Below are positions 62,151 to 64,000 of a stretch of DNA of 64,000 nt, in pieces. This stretch comes from Mytilus galloprovincialis (lineage: Eukaryota). The stretch lies in NCBI RefSeq assembly GCF_965363235.1, contig NC_134847.1:63980144-64044143 (forward strand), given 5' to 3'. The notes under the pieces were generated by a model that was given only the letters and a program-made list of their open reading frames with translations, did no database searches and was not told the origin of the DNA. Positions within the stretch are counted from its first letter, which is position 1. Each line of letters opens with the position of its first letter. The translations under genes were made by a program, and so were the position numbers.

Positions 62151-62410
62151 GTTTTTCTCCTTCTTTCTGACCGGGATCTCAGTGCCCAAAAGGTCTAAGT
62201 TGTCAAACTTCTACATTGCTAGCCTATCAACACTGAGGTTGTGAGTTCGAATCCCCCATGGGGAAGGTGCACTTTACTCCAATCTTAATTGACTAGGATT
62301 GTCAGTTTTTATAATGGAGGTATTACCGTAGGTGATTTTCTTTGAGCACTCCAGCTGCCTCCACCAATGACCACCACAAAATAGAACATTAGTGCTGAAA
62401 GTGGTGTTTA
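62145..62410 (+). mobile_element. tRNA-derived SINE, full-length copy (A-box-like tctcagtgcc, B box gagttcgaatccc)
   Basis: gaccgggatctcagtgcccaaaagg…caacactgaggttgtgagttcgaatcccccatgg…ttaattgactaggattgtcag…; copies at 6189 and 23640, with a 5'-only fragment at 61380-61470. Confidence 0.65.
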
Positions 62411-62548
62411 TCACCAATTAATCCTATGCCAAAAACAGGCAAACACTAAACAAAACAGCCAAAAAAATGTTTGTAATAAATTTTGTACATTGCGACCAGT
62501 CAAACATTTGTTTAATTACTCTGAGCTTCAAAACAATTTTACACTTAC

Positions 62549-62628
62549 TTGCTTTGGCTGGCTATTGCTCCAGGTAAATCATTTTCTTTTCTTTTCTTTT
62601 GTTTTAGTTTATCTTTCTTTCTTTCTCT
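62549..62628 (-). CDS. CDC5L: CDC5L exon c: RERKKDKLKQKKRKENDLPGAIASQS. The acceptor is either ttttag or ttttagag (NAGNAG); the phase favours the second
   Basis: Donor gtaagt at 62548; ~ human [27 protein letters not shown]. Confidence 0.6.
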
Positions 62629-63117
62629 CTAAAATTGTACAAATAAATACATGTTTATACTTGAAGGGAGAAAATATTTGATAAAAAAGAAAGTATATGT
62701 CTATTTTTTACCTATTGCATTTGAAAATCACAGTCTCAAAAATCTATCCACAACTATTCTCTTTTGTTTCTCTTTGATTTTCTTAGAAATTGCTGGTTGT
62801 GGCAAAGTAAAGAGTATGAAATTGGTAAATTCAGTAATTTTTACATTTATTCATGGACATGAATCCTAAATGGTGATAGTGACACCACCCAATTTTAACT
62901 TGATCTGTGTTTGGTGGTGTATTAGTTTATAAATATCCCGCTGATGTGAAGTAAAGAGAGAATGCAGACAAAAGCAAACAAAAAAGTGATGCCATTCAAA
63001 TTTGAACTTGTTCTATGTTAGGAGGTAATACGCGAGGGCATTATTATCAACATCCAGGAAAATTGTTACCCATGAAAATAAGTGAATTAAAAGTATACTT
63101 GGTAAGAAATGACTTAC

Positions 63118-63221
63118 AGCCTCCGCATCATCTCTTCTTTCTCCATCCAGATTTTGTTGTCTTAATCTTTTAAAGTTAATATCTTTTGGCTTAAAAACTT
63201 CTTCAGATGTGTCATGGAAAC
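63118..63221 (-). CDS. CDC5L: CDC5L exon b: GFHDTSEEVFKPKDINFKRLRQQNLDGERRDDAEA
   Basis: Acceptor ttttgacag, donor gtaagt; ~ human [35 protein letters not shown]. Confidence 0.8.
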
Positions 63222-63878
63222 CTGTCAAAAATAAATGGAATTTTGATAATAAAAAGGAATATGGGAAAGATTTACATCAGACAGTACTCCTTTCCATATC
63301 TGGATAATACTTGAGCCAATTCTCCATTATGACATGTAATCAAATATCCTGGCCTGTATTGCGTCTAGTTGCTTGTTCCTCCTGAACATGCATGAAATAT
63401 TTGCCACTGGATGTTAGCAATCAACAATTTATTTATCAATTTTGTTGCTTGTTATTAACTGATAATAATTGGTCCTTTTCTACTTAAACGCCTCAAATAT
63501 TATTTTTTTTATTAATTTGTGAAATATCAATTTGTTGCTGTTTAAGCTGACTATATAGACTCCCATATCTACCAGTTACTGTTTGTAGAAGGGTGAAACT
63601 AGTGCAAGAAGGAATGTATCATTTTATTTAGTTTCTTTTCTGATTACAGTTGTACACAAAATGTATAATGCCCGTTAAATCAGACTGCTTTATAGCACCA
63701 GACCGCTTCATACACCTTAAATACATTTATCTATTTTTCATTCCTATAAAATTATAATAAATATAACTTTTTTCTGAATTCATGCTCGTTTTTTCAAAAT
63801 TACGACAAAAAATGTATGATAAATTTTGTTTCAAATGATTTCTATGAAGAATGATTATATAGTACAAGTATGACAAAC

Positions 63879-63955
63879 CTGGCGCTGGTTTCTTTTCAAA
63901 CGGAATTTCTGCATTGTAATCTACTCCTCTCTTTTTCTTCTTATGTTTTTTAATA
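63879..63955 (-). CDS. CDC5L: CDC5L exon a: IKKHKKKKRGVDYNAEIPFEKKPAP
   Basis: Acceptor tatttcag, donor gtttgt. Confidence 0.8.
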
Positions 63956-64000
63956 CTGAAATATAAACCAAATGAAACATATGAATCTCTTTAATCATGC

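Overview
This is a eukaryotic (metazoan) nuclear segment, not prokaryotic. It is AT-rich, its genes have introns, and it is densely packed with satellites, miniature inverted-repeat elements (MITEs) and SINEs; the repeat families suggest a bivalve-mollusc-like genome, but that is a guess. No gene models were supplied, so the exon structures below were reconstructed by hand from splice signals (AG/GT), reading-frame continuity and recognisable protein families. Every exon coordinate is a manual estimate, good to about ±1–3 bp. Four host genes are resolved: (1) an HHAT-like MBOAT acyltransferase gene on the minus strand (5' exons at 6835 down to 1674, running off the left edge through a 27-bp satellite); (2) a small secreted C-type lectin gene on the plus strand (4 exons, 11537–13952); (3) a complete major vault protein (MVP) gene on the minus strand (26 exons, ATG at 46598, stop at 19807, 854 aa, all splice phases consistent); (4) the 3' 14 exons of a CDC5L (CDC5-like splicing factor) gene on the minus strand (63955 down to the stop at 49009, 5' exons beyond the right edge). 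The most striking element is an apparently intact piggyBac-like DNA transposon at 55006–59249. It has perfect 12-bp terminal inverted repeats (TIRs) CCCTTACCATGC, flanking TTAA target-site duplications (TSDs), subterminal hairpin repeats and an uninterrupted 613-aa DDD transposase with the C-terminal Cys-rich finger. It lies inside a CDC5L intron, 64 bp from the upstream exon's 5' splice site, in the same orientation as the host gene. A second unusual structure is an intronic satellite (23985–24725) built from about 11 tandem copies of the last ~45 nt of MVP exon 22 plus its GTAAGT splice donor. The introns also hold several MITE families (including long G/C-cored palindromes), tRNA-derived SINEs, a LINE reverse-transcriptase (RT) fragment, minisatellites and a CpG-rich island.
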